Positions 8,801 through 16,432 of a DNA stretch of 64,000 bases are shown here, piece by piece. The DNA lies in NCBI GenBank assembly GCA_039933175.1, contig JBDTOR010000001.1:16420-80419 (forward strand), given 5' to 3'. Made by a program: the position numbers and the translations under genes. This DNA comes from Hyphomicrobium sp. Lineage in GTDB: Bacteria > Pseudomonadota > Alphaproteobacteria > Rhizobiales > Hyphomicrobiaceae. Numbering within the stretch: position 1 is the stretch's first letter; every line of letters starts with the position of its first letter. Below the pieces are notes generated by a model that was not told where the DNA came from, made no database searches, and saw nothing but the letters and a program-made list of their open reading frames with translations.

Positions 8801-11153
8801 GTCCGGCACCACGCTGACGGTCCCGGTGAAGATCGGCGGCCTCAAGGCTGGTGAGGAGGCACGCGTTACGCTCGCCGCTGTTGACCTCGGCATCCTCAAC
8901 CTAACCCGCTTCCAGACGCCGGCTCCGGAAAACTGGTTCTATGCGCAGCGCCGCATGGGCCTGGAGATCCGCGACTTCTACGGCCGCCTCATCGACGGCA
9001 TGCGCGCCGAGCGCGGCACGCTACGCTCGGGCGGTGACGGCGGTGCCGACGCCGGCCTGCAAGGCAGCCCGCCGGTTGAAGAGACCGTCGCCATGTTCTC
9101 CGGCATCGTCTCGGTCGGCCCCGACGGCACCGCCAGCGTCAACTTCGACGTGCCGGACTTCAACGGAACGGTGCGGGTGATGGCTGTCGCCTGGAGCGCC
9201 GACAAGCTCGGGCATGGACAGAAGGACGTTATCGTTCGCGATGCGGTGGCGCTCACCGCCTCCGGCCCGCGCTTCCTCACGCTCGGCGACGAGGCCCGCC
9301 TCGACATCGCCGTACACAACGTCGAGGGCCCGCAGGCCGCCTACAAGCTCGAACTCATCAACGGCGCCACAACCGCGCATACGGCAAGCCTCGACCTCAA
9401 GGTGGGCGAGCGCCGCGCCGAACACATCCCGGTGAAGCCGACTGACGTCGGCCTCATCGACTACGACATCCGCGTCACCGGTCCCGACGGCATCGACGTC
9501 AAGCGCCACCTGACGTTCGACGTGAAGCCGCCGGCCGGCGACATCAAGCGGACGACGGTCGCGTCGCTGAAGGCGGGTGGCAACATCTCGCTCAGCCCCG
9601 ACCTCGTACGCGACATGATTGCATCGCGCACGCGGGTCTCGATCAGTGTCGGCCCGACGGCAAGACTTGATATCCCCTCGCTGCTCACCTCGCTCGACCG
9701 ATACCCCTACGGGTGCGCCGAGCAAACCGTGAGCCGCGCGCTGCCTCTGGTCTACGCCAATGCCGTCGCCGCCCAGCTCGGCATCGCACCTGACAAGGAG
9801 CTCAAGGCGCGCGTGCAGAAGGCCGTCGATCGGGTCTTCGAGATGCAGGACTCCACCGGCGCCTTCGGCGTGTGGGGGCCCTCGAGCACTGATCTGTGGC
9901 TGACGGGCTATGTCACAGACTTCCTGACGCGCGCCAAGGAGCAGGGCTTTGCGGTGAACCCGCTGGCCTTCACGCAGGCGCTCGACCGGCTACAGAACTT
10001 CATCGCCTATGCCGAAGACTTCCAGAAGGGCGGCGAGGACCGGGCCTATGCGCTCTATGTTCTCGCCCGCAACGGGCGCGCGCCGATCGGAGACCTGCGC
10101 TACTACGCCGACACGCGTCTCGACCGCTTCTCGACGCCGCTCGCCAAGGCCCAGATCGGTGCCGCTTTGGCCATGATGGGCGACAAGCCGCGGGCCGAGA
10201 CGGCGTTCGCCGCCGCGCTCGATAGTCTCAGTCTGCCCGAGCCGACGGGTCAGTTCGGCTATCGCGGCGACTACGGCTCCGATCTGCGCGACAGCGCTGC
10301 GCTGCTCACGCTGGCTTCGGAGACCCGCGTCACCAATGTCGAAGAGCCCAAGCTCATCAACGTAATCGCCAAGGCCTATGTCGGCCGCAGCTATACGTCG
10401 ACGCAGGAGCAGGCGTGGATGCTGCTGGCCGCCAACGCCATGGCGGAGGAAGGCAAGGATCTGAAGCTGATCGTCAACGGCGCGCCGGTCGTCGGTGCCG
10501 TCAACCGCGCGATGCCGGCGGAAGACATCCTCAAGACGCCGCTCACCGTCGCCAACGACGGTGCCGAGCCGGTCGATGCCGTGGTCAGCGTCATCGGATC
10601 GTCGCTGACGACCGAACCGCCCGTCTCCAAGGGCTTCACCATCGAGCGCACCTACTACACGCTCGACGGCAAGCTCGTGGACCTCAAGAGCGCCACGGGC
10701 GGCGCGGCGCAAATCAGCCAGAACGAGCGCCTCGTCGCGGTCGTGAAGGTGGAATCGAAGGATGCCGGCGGCCGCGTGCTGCTGGTCGACCGTCTGCCGG
10801 CCGGCTTCGAGATCGACAACCCCCGCATCGTCGACAGCGGCGACGTCAAAGCACTCGACTGGCTGAAGACCACAGTACAGCCGGAGCATAGCGAGTTCCG
10901 CGACGACCGCTTCGTTGCCGCCTTCAACTTCTCGAGCGGCAACGTCACGGCGCAGGCAAGCGAGTCGGACTCGACACCGGACGGCCAGGCCGTGACCAAA
11001 GGCCCGGCTACTTCGGCCACTGTCGCCTACATGGTTCGCGCCGTGACCCCGGGTGAGTTCATCCATCCGGCGGCGACGGTCGAGGACATGTATCGCCCCG
11101 AGCGCTATGCCCGCTCGGCCGCCGGCAAGCTGACCGTTACGCCCGGCAAGTGA
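5847..11153 (+). CDS. yfhM: Bacterial alpha-2-macroglobulin (thioester-containing)
   Basis: About 1770 aa; signal peptide ending AMA; FIVSDLGL, TERGVYRPGE, AAVDLGILNLT, thioester YPYGCAEQ and VEDMYRPE motifs; GTGA overlap with pbpC. Confidence 0.95.
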   Translation: MPLLARLLLAFSLLFPLAPAMAQQQSQAVHPFAHQGVKEDAQRYETYLKSNWKLSGKPATELRRDGERMLRVDPRAASRSFAGAVVSDNTDADAWIGLARALLAISPDPNKDSERYDLPVNGSGAAYLAYERAQGDPQKARALAVLGDALQRRSYWRPAIEALKTSLALADNGAVRETFDKLRSEHGFRMTDYKAEAELAAPRLCLQFSEALARGQVDFAKFVSVDGKDPQSVSAENEQLCIDGLSHGQRYQVQIRAGLPSAVEEDLTKNIEIAVYVPDRKPFVRFSGKSYVLPSRGQQGIPLVSINTAKVEVEVYRIGDRNLVGALESGDFQRQLQSYELEQIKSRSGEKIFTGSMDVPQKLNEEITTALPVTDAVGTLKPGVYVMIAKPSQKSREDYNTEATQWFIVSDLGLTAFSGDDGVHAFVRSLAETNPSVGVNVKLIARNNEVLGTAKTDARGYAKFDAGLARGEGGLQPALLMAESASGEYAFLDLTSGAFDLTDRGVKGRETPGPLDGFIYTERGVYRPGEDVHIAALVRDAAGKAATLPVTLIVTRPDGVEHARYTLKDRGLGGRDITLPLAASSQTGTWRAKLHTDPDKDALTQVSFLVEDFVPERLDLKLEAPTAALSPQETQTIKATGRYLYGPPAADLAIEGDIVVRPSKKDVDGYPGFQFGQADEAIEPVRKPLDGATTTDAEGVAQVAITLPPVTQTAKPLEASVILRLRESGGRTIERTITVPVDLKQARMGIKPLFKGNDLDEKQTASFEVVVLDSAGKRVAANGLNWVLNRLDSNWQWYRRDGQWNYEAVTLTRKIADGTLDATADGALPKIEAGVDWGRYKLEITSADPAGPSASTTFNAGWYTAASEAESPEILDVALDRASYKPGETAKLRIATKHGGQALISVLSDGLLSQQEIDVPNGGGEADVMVGDNWGAGAYVTAMLYRPLDESLKRMPSRAIGVQWLGLDQAANTLNVELGAPEKIKSGTTLTVPVKIGGLKAGEEARVTLAAVDLGILNLTRFQTPAPENWFYAQRRMGLEIRDFYGRLIDGMRAERGTLRSGGDGGADAGLQGSPPVEETVAMFSGIVSVGPDGTASVNFDVPDFNGTVRVMAVAWSADKLGHGQKDVIVRDAVALTASGPRFLTLGDEARLDIAVHNVEGPQAAYKLELINGATTAHTASLDLKVGERRAEHIPVKPTDVGLIDYDIRVTGPDGIDVKRHLTFDVKPPAGDIKRTTVASLKAGGNISLSPDLVRDMIASRTRVSISVGPTARLDIPSLLTSLDRYPYGCAEQTVSRALPLVYANAVAAQLGIAPDKELKARVQKAVDRVFEMQDSTGAFGVWGPSSTDLWLTGYVTDFLTRAKEQGFAVNPLAFTQALDRLQNFIAYAEDFQKGGEDRAYALYVLARNGRAPIGDLRYYADTRLDRFSTPLAKAQIGAALAMMGDKPRAETAFAAALDSLSLPEPTGQFGYRGDYGSDLRDSAALLTLASETRVTNVEEPKLINVIAKAYVGRSYTSTQEQAWMLLAANAMAEEGKDLKLIVNGAPVVGAVNRAMPAEDILKTPLTVANDGAEPVDAVVSVIGSSLTTEPPVSKGFTIERTYYTLDGKLVDLKSATGGAAQISQNERLVAVVKVESKDAGGRVLLVDRLPAGFEIDNPRIVDSGDVKALDWLKTTVQPEHSEFRDDRFVAAFNFSSGNVTAQASESDSTPDGQAVTKGPATSATVAYMVRAVTPGEFIHPAATVEDMYRPERYARSAAGKLTVTPGK

Positions 11154-13429
11154 GACGCGTGAGGATGATGCAAGCCATGCGCGACGCGGTCCGAAAAATG
11201 CTCTCCGTCTCCTGGTGGAGAGCACCCAGCGGCGGAGGGACACACAGCTCCCCGCCGCTGGCGGCCGCGGCGCGTTCTCCAACACGACGCGCGTTACGTT
11301 ACGGATTGATCGGTGCCGGCACCATGGCTGGCATCGCTGCGGTCTTCGCCGGTGCCGGATACGCCGCCATCGACAGGCTCGGGCCGCCCGACCTCGGCAC
11401 CACCCAGAATGTCTCGACGACGGTTGTCGACCGCCGCGACCGGCTGCTGCGCGCCTTCACCACGCCGGACGGGCGCTGGCGCCTGCCGGTCGAAGCCGAG
11501 GACGTCGACCAGCGCTACCTCGCGATGCTCATGGCGTTCGAGGACAAGCGCTTCTACGATCACGGCGGCGTCGACATGCGCTCGCTGGCGCGCGCAGCCG
11601 TGCAGCTCGTCGAGAATCGGCGCATCGTTTCCGGCGCCTCGACGCTCACCATGCAGGTTGCCCGTCTCATCGAGGGCCACTACGAGCGCTCCGGTAGCGC
11701 CAAGATTCGCCAGATCGTTGGAGCACTGCGGCTCGAGCACCACTTGGACAAGCGCCAGATCCTGTCGCTGTACCTGCGCCTGGCGCCGTTCGGCGGCAAC
11801 ATCGAGGGCGTACGCGCGGCGTCGCTGGCCTATTTCGGCAAAGAGCCGCGACGGTTGTCGGTGGGCGAGGCGGCACTGCTCGTCGCGCTGCCGCAGTCGC
11901 CAGAGTGGCGGCGCCCCGACCGCAACCCGCGGGCAGCGCGCATCGCGCGCGATCGCGTATTGCAACGGGCAACCGAAGAAGGCGTCATCACCGTAGCGGA
12001 AGCGCAACGCGCCGCGCATGAGCCAGTGCCGATCGGCCGGCGTGCGTTCCCCAAGTTCGCGCCCCACCTCGCCGAAGCTGAGGTGGCAGCCAACCCGGCT
12101 CTGCCCATTCATCGGCTGACCATCGACCGCACCGTGCAGAAGGCGCTCGAGGGCCTCGCCGAGGAGCAAACCAAGCTGCTCGGTCAAAAGCTGTCCGCCG
12201 CCATTCTTGCCGTCGACCACACCACCGGCGAGGTGATCGCCCACGTCGGCTCGGCCGGCTACCTGGACGACGCCCGCTTCGGCGCCATCGACATGGTCAA
12301 CGCCATGCGCTCGCCCGGCTCCACGTTGAAGCCCTTCATCTACGGTCTCGCTTTCGAAGCCGGCCTAGCGCACCCCGAAACGTTGATCGAGGATCGCGCC
12401 GTGCGCTTCGGCAGCTACGCGCCGAAGAACTTCGACGAGGATTTTCACGGCACGGTGACGATCCGCGATGCGCTCGCCCAATCGCTTAACATCCCGGCCG
12501 TGAAAGTCCTGGCCGCCGTCGGTCCCGGCAAGCTCGCCGGCCGTTTCCGTAAAGTCGGCGTCGAGCCGGCGTTCCCCGACAAAAGCTTGCCGACACTGGC
12601 CATGGCGCTCGGCGGCGTCGGCCTGACGCTGCACGACGTCGCGACGCTCTATGCGGGGCTGGCGCGCGGCGGCGACGTGGTGCCCCTCATGCATCGTCGT
12701 GCCGACGCGGCGGAGGCGGCCAAAGCGCTACTTCAAGGCAAGCAGCCATCACGCACGCGCCTGCTGTCGCCGCTTGCGTCCTGGTACGTCACCGACATCC
12801 TGAAAGATGCCCCGCCGCCGCTGAACGCCAAGGCCGGCCGCTTGGCCTACAAGACCGGCACGTCCTATGGCTATCGCGACGCCTGGGCCGTTGGCTACGA
12901 CGGTAAATACACCGTCGCCGTATGGGTCGGCCGGCCCGATGGCGCTACCACACCCGGCCTCGTCGGCCGTCTCGCCGCCGCGCCGATCCTGTTCGACGCC
13001 TTCGCGCGACTGGGCGACCGGCGCACCGCCCTCCCGAGCGCACCCGCCGGCGCGTTACGCGTCACGGGCTCGGAGTTGCCGCCGCCGCTCAAGCGCTTTC
13101 GCGAGGGTGGTGTCGAGACCGCGCAAGGCCCGTTCCTCGAGCCGCGCGTGCTGATTGCATTTCCACCCGACCGCGCCGAGGTCGAAACCGAGGACAACGG
13201 CCCGGTGCTGCTCAAGGCGAACGGCGGAGTGCTGCCGCTGACCTGGCTGGTCAACGGCGCGCCGATCAATTCCGACCCGCGCGCGCGTCAGGTCGTCTGG
13301 CAGCCCGACGGCAGCGGGTTCGTGAAAGTTTCGGTTGTGGACGCCAAAGGCCGCGTCGACCGCGTCACCGTCCGCCTCAAGGACATTGGCAGCCTCGCGG
13401 CGATGGCGGACGATAAGCAGAAGCGTTAG
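11150..13429 (+). CDS. pbpC: Penicillin-binding protein 1C
   Basis: EDKRFYDHGGVD, GASTLTMQVAR, SPGSTLKP (SxxK), SLN, YKTGTSYGYRDAW and a C-terminal BiPBP_C-like domain; canonical position after A2M. Confidence 0.95.
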   Translation: MRRVRMMQAMRDAVRKMLSVSWWRAPSGGGTHSSPPLAAAARSPTRRALRYGLIGAGTMAGIAAVFAGAGYAAIDRLGPPDLGTTQNVSTTVVDRRDRLLRAFTTPDGRWRLPVEAEDVDQRYLAMLMAFEDKRFYDHGGVDMRSLARAAVQLVENRRIVSGASTLTMQVARLIEGHYERSGSAKIRQIVGALRLEHHLDKRQILSLYLRLAPFGGNIEGVRAASLAYFGKEPRRLSVGEAALLVALPQSPEWRRPDRNPRAARIARDRVLQRATEEGVITVAEAQRAAHEPVPIGRRAFPKFAPHLAEAEVAANPALPIHRLTIDRTVQKALEGLAEEQTKLLGQKLSAAILAVDHTTGEVIAHVGSAGYLDDARFGAIDMVNAMRSPGSTLKPFIYGLAFEAGLAHPETLIEDRAVRFGSYAPKNFDEDFHGTVTIRDALAQSLNIPAVKVLAAVGPGKLAGRFRKVGVEPAFPDKSLPTLAMALGGVGLTLHDVATLYAGLARGGDVVPLMHRRADAAEAAKALLQGKQPSRTRLLSPLASWYVTDILKDAPPPLNAKAGRLAYKTGTSYGYRDAWAVGYDGKYTVAVWVGRPDGATTPGLVGRLAAAPILFDAFARLGDRRTALPSAPAGALRVTGSELPPPLKRFREGGVETAQGPFLEPRVLIAFPPDRAEVETEDNGPVLLKANGGVLPLTWLVNGAPINSDPRARQVVWQPDGSGFVKVSVVDAKGRVDRVTVRLKDIGSLAAMADDKQKR

Positions 13430-13438
13430 GCTGGCGTC

Positions 13439-14533
13439 ATGAGTTTCCACAGCGGCGTGAGCATGATGACAAGACGCCTGATACCGTCCGCTCTCCTCGC
13501 AGTCGCCGTAGCTTTCAGCGGCTGCAGCGATCAGCGCGCCGCCAACCTCGCGGCGTACGAGGCAAAGGCGGACGCGACCTCGGTCTCCGGCATATCTTCC
13601 GGCGCCTACATGGCCGGCCAGTTCGAGATGGCCCACGCCAAGGAGGTGGTTGGCGCCGCCATCATTGCCGGCGGACCGTATGGGTGCTCGGAAAGCCTTT
13701 ATGCCGACGTCATCCCGGGCCCCGGCACGGCACTGCTGAACCTCACCAAGGCCATCAACGGCTGCATGCTCAATGCGCTGCAGGCATTCGGTGTGCCTAG
13801 CCCGGCACTGCTCGCCGAGCGCGCCGGGAGACTTGCCGAGCACAACCGCATCGATCCTATCGCCGACGTGAAGACCGATCGCATCTACCTCTTCACCGGC
13901 ACTAACGATCACACCGTTGTACGCCCGATCGTCGCTGCCGCGCGCAGGTTCTATGAAGATCTCGGCGTACCGGCCGATCAGATCCTTTACGTGTCCGACA
14001 TCCCGGCCGGACATGCGTTCGTCACCGACGAGCGCGGCCCCGAGTGCGATCACTCCGGCAAGCCGTATATCGTCGACTGCGACTACGATCAGGCCGGCGC
14101 GCTGCTGCGGCAGATATACGGGCCGCTCAACGAGCCAGCCAAGCAGACCACTGGGCGCTTCAAGGTTTTCGACCAGCAGTCCTTTACCGAGGGACTGTCC
14201 AACCACGGGTTGAGCGATGATGGCCTCGTCTACGTGCCTGAGGCATGCGAATCCAACGCCGGCTGCCGCGTGCATATCGCCTTCCACGGCTGCGGCCAAA
14301 ATCGCACGGTCGTAGGCGACGCTTTCGCGCGCGATTCCGGTTATGCCCGCTGGGCAGACACCAACAATCTCATCGTCTTGTTCCCGCAAACGGCCACCAC
14401 GCCGTTCAACCCGCAAGGCTGCTGGGACTGGTGGGGCTACACGGGCGCGGATTATCTGACCCGGGATGCGCCCCAGATCACGGCCGTTTACCGTATGCTG
14501 GAGCGCCTTGCCGCGCCCCGCACCCCATCCTGA
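13439..14533 (+). CDS. PHB/PHA depolymerase-family esterase with lipoprotein signal
   Basis: Lipase box GISSG, AGHAF, FHGC and NPQGCWDWWGY motifs of extracellular-type PHB depolymerases; lipobox AFSG-C. Confidence 0.8.
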   Translation: MSFHSGVSMMTRRLIPSALLAVAVAFSGCSDQRAANLAAYEAKADATSVSGISSGAYMAGQFEMAHAKEVVGAAIIAGGPYGCSESLYADVIPGPGTALLNLTKAINGCMLNALQAFGVPSPALLAERAGRLAEHNRIDPIADVKTDRIYLFTGTNDHTVVRPIVAAARRFYEDLGVPADQILYVSDIPAGHAFVTDERGPECDHSGKPYIVDCDYDQAGALLRQIYGPLNEPAKQTTGRFKVFDQQSFTEGLSNHGLSDDGLVYVPEACESNAGCRVHIAFHGCGQNRTVVGDAFARDSGYARWADTNNLIVLFPQTATTPFNPQGCWDWWGYTGADYLTRDAPQITAVYRMLERLAAPRTPS

Positions 14534-14672
14534 GGACCGTCACGTAAGGCGTGGCAACGGAGCACATGGCCCTTTGCACGCCGTGAATTGGCGAACCGGC
14601 GCGGCTCGCCTACTTTGCGGGGGCTCGAAAGCAGCTGCCCACTAGAATGCGCGCAGCCGAGCATGGGGGAAG

Positions 14673-15632
14673 TTGCCGATGGCTGCATTGCTCACGATCG
14701 GCTGGGCCCGAGCCGTCGACGACAGCCGAACCCGGCGCCGCTTCGATATCATTTCGACGCTCGCCGCCGCGCTGATGATCATGGCTTCGACGGCCGCGAG
14801 CGTGCTTGAGCAAGCGCGTGTCGACGACGAGCCGGCGCTCGCCCAGCACACCAGCACGGGCGACGGCAGCCGAGTTGCCCCAGGCCGCGAGACGGTGATT
14901 GGCGCATACGGCGGCGCGCCGTACGACTATCCGAGCGCCGCGCGCATTACCAACCCCAACGCGCCTGGGGCGACCGATTTCACCATCGACCCGATCAACT
15001 GGTACACCGACCCGTTCAAGAGCCCGATCTACTACGGCGCGCGCGTGCAGCGCTGGTTCGCCGGCGGCAAGACCGGCGGCATGATCGATTTCATTCACTC
15101 GAAAGCATTAGCGCCGCTCGACGAGGAGACCGGATTCTCCGGCACGCTCGACGGTCAGCCGCTGCCGCCGCGCGCGCGCATCGCCGATGTCGTGAAGAAG
15201 CTCGAGTTCTCGCATGGTCACAACATGCTGCTGTTCAACGGCCTGTTGCGCCTGCCCGGCATCGGTCCGCGCGTTAGCCCGTACGCTGGCGCCGGCATCG
15301 GCGCGTCGCTGCCGCACACTGAGATACAGTTGACCAACGGCAATCACCCGCGCACTTACGAGTACAATTTTGCCGGTCCCGCCGCGCAGGCGCTGCTCGG
15401 GGTCGAGATCCGTCTTGCCCGCGTATCGTTCTTCGTCGAGTACAAGTTCACCTATGCCGACTATGAAGCGCCGCTATCGCAGATGGACGGCAGCTGGTTG
15501 CCGCTGGACATGTGGCGGCAGGCGAAGCGCTGGTTCGCAGGTGAACCACCCCCCGGCGGCCACATCGCGACGCAGCTCGCTGCCCATCAGGTGGTGAGCG
15601 GTCTGGCCGTGCGCTTGGCTCCCGGCCGTTAG
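14673..15632 (+). CDS. LpxQ-like (lipid A oxidase family) outer-membrane beta-barrel protein
   Basis: FKSPIYYGARVQRW, LEFSHGHNML, PYAGAGIG..LPHTE, YEY..AGPAAQ and FVEYKF resemble rhizobial LpxQ as I recall it. Start codon uncertain. Confidence 0.65.
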   Translation: MPMAALLTIGWARAVDDSRTRRRFDIISTLAAALMIMASTAASVLEQARVDDEPALAQHTSTGDGSRVAPGRETVIGAYGGAPYDYPSAARITNPNAPGATDFTIDPINWYTDPFKSPIYYGARVQRWFAGGKTGGMIDFIHSKALAPLDEETGFSGTLDGQPLPPRARIADVVKKLEFSHGHNMLLFNGLLRLPGIGPRVSPYAGAGIGASLPHTEIQLTNGNHPRTYEYNFAGPAAQALLGVEIRLARVSFFVEYKFTYADYEAPLSQMDGSWLPLDMWRQAKRWFAGEPPPGGHIATQLAAHQVVSGLAVRLAPGR

Positions 15633-15643
15633 CAGCGCACGCC

Positions 15644-16372
15644 TCAACCTCGGCACATGGCGGTGCATCCGGGCGCCGGCGCGACGTATATCGGCCGGGC
15701 GTCGGGCGGCTGAACATCGCCGATCGTTTGGGTGATGATGCCGCTCTTGTCATCCCACAGATCACGGCCGGTCTGCCAATAGCCGCCGCTCTTCTCGATG
15801 ACGGATTTGAGGCCGCGAAGCCATCCCTGCGAGACACCGGCCGACGCGTAATACTGCTTGAGGAAGCGATCCAGAGAGCTCCTGCCGGGCGTGCGCGTCA
15901 TGACCCCGTCAACGCCACCGGCGAGTTGATGGCGCCATGAGCGATGGAAGAACCACAAGCTGCTCAAGGCCGCCGTGCGCCTGTCGCTTGCGAGGAATAT
16001 CGGGATGCAGGCTGAAGCGCATGTGGCGCCGCGCTCCACGACCGTAGTCAGCGTATGCGTGGCCTTGATATGGCGCAGGACGCCGATCACTTCCGCCATG
16101 TGATCGGTGCGCCCGCCGCACGACTGCAGCGACAGCTCGACCGATTTGGCGCGGCGCTTGTAGGCCTCGAACTTGGCGGAGATCACTGGCGCCATCTTTT
16201 CGGTGACGGTGCCGGTCCAATTCAGCTGCAGCGTGTCCCCGCCGACAATCGCCGATGAATGCAGCTCGCCCTCCGCGCACGGATCGGCGGCCGCGGCAGG
16301 CTGCCACGGCCAAGCGAGTGCGGCGACGATAAGTAGAACCCCTAGTCTCCCCATGGTCATGACATCGGTCAC
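15644..16372 (-). CDS. Secreted ClpP/crotonase-like protein (COG3904-like)
   Basis: Signal peptide (AAA-D), LQSCGG and GATCASACIPIFLA..R......FFH motif. Confidence 0.55.
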   Translation of the reverse strand: MTDVMTMGRLGVLLIVAALAWPWQPAAAADPCAEGELHSSAIVGGDTLQLNWTGTVTEKMAPVISAKFEAYKRRAKSVELSLQSCGGRTDHMAEVIGVLRHIKATHTLTTVVERGATCASACIPIFLASDRRTAALSSLWFFHRSWRHQLAGGVDGVMTRTPGRSSLDRFLKQYYASAGVSQGWLRGLKSVIEKSGGYWQTGRDLWDDKSGIITQTIGDVQPPDARPIYVAPAPGCTAMCRG

Positions 16373-16432
16373 GACGATGGCAAAATCGCGATAGCCCGAG
16401 ATAATGCTCAGTCTTGGTGAACGGCGGCCGGA

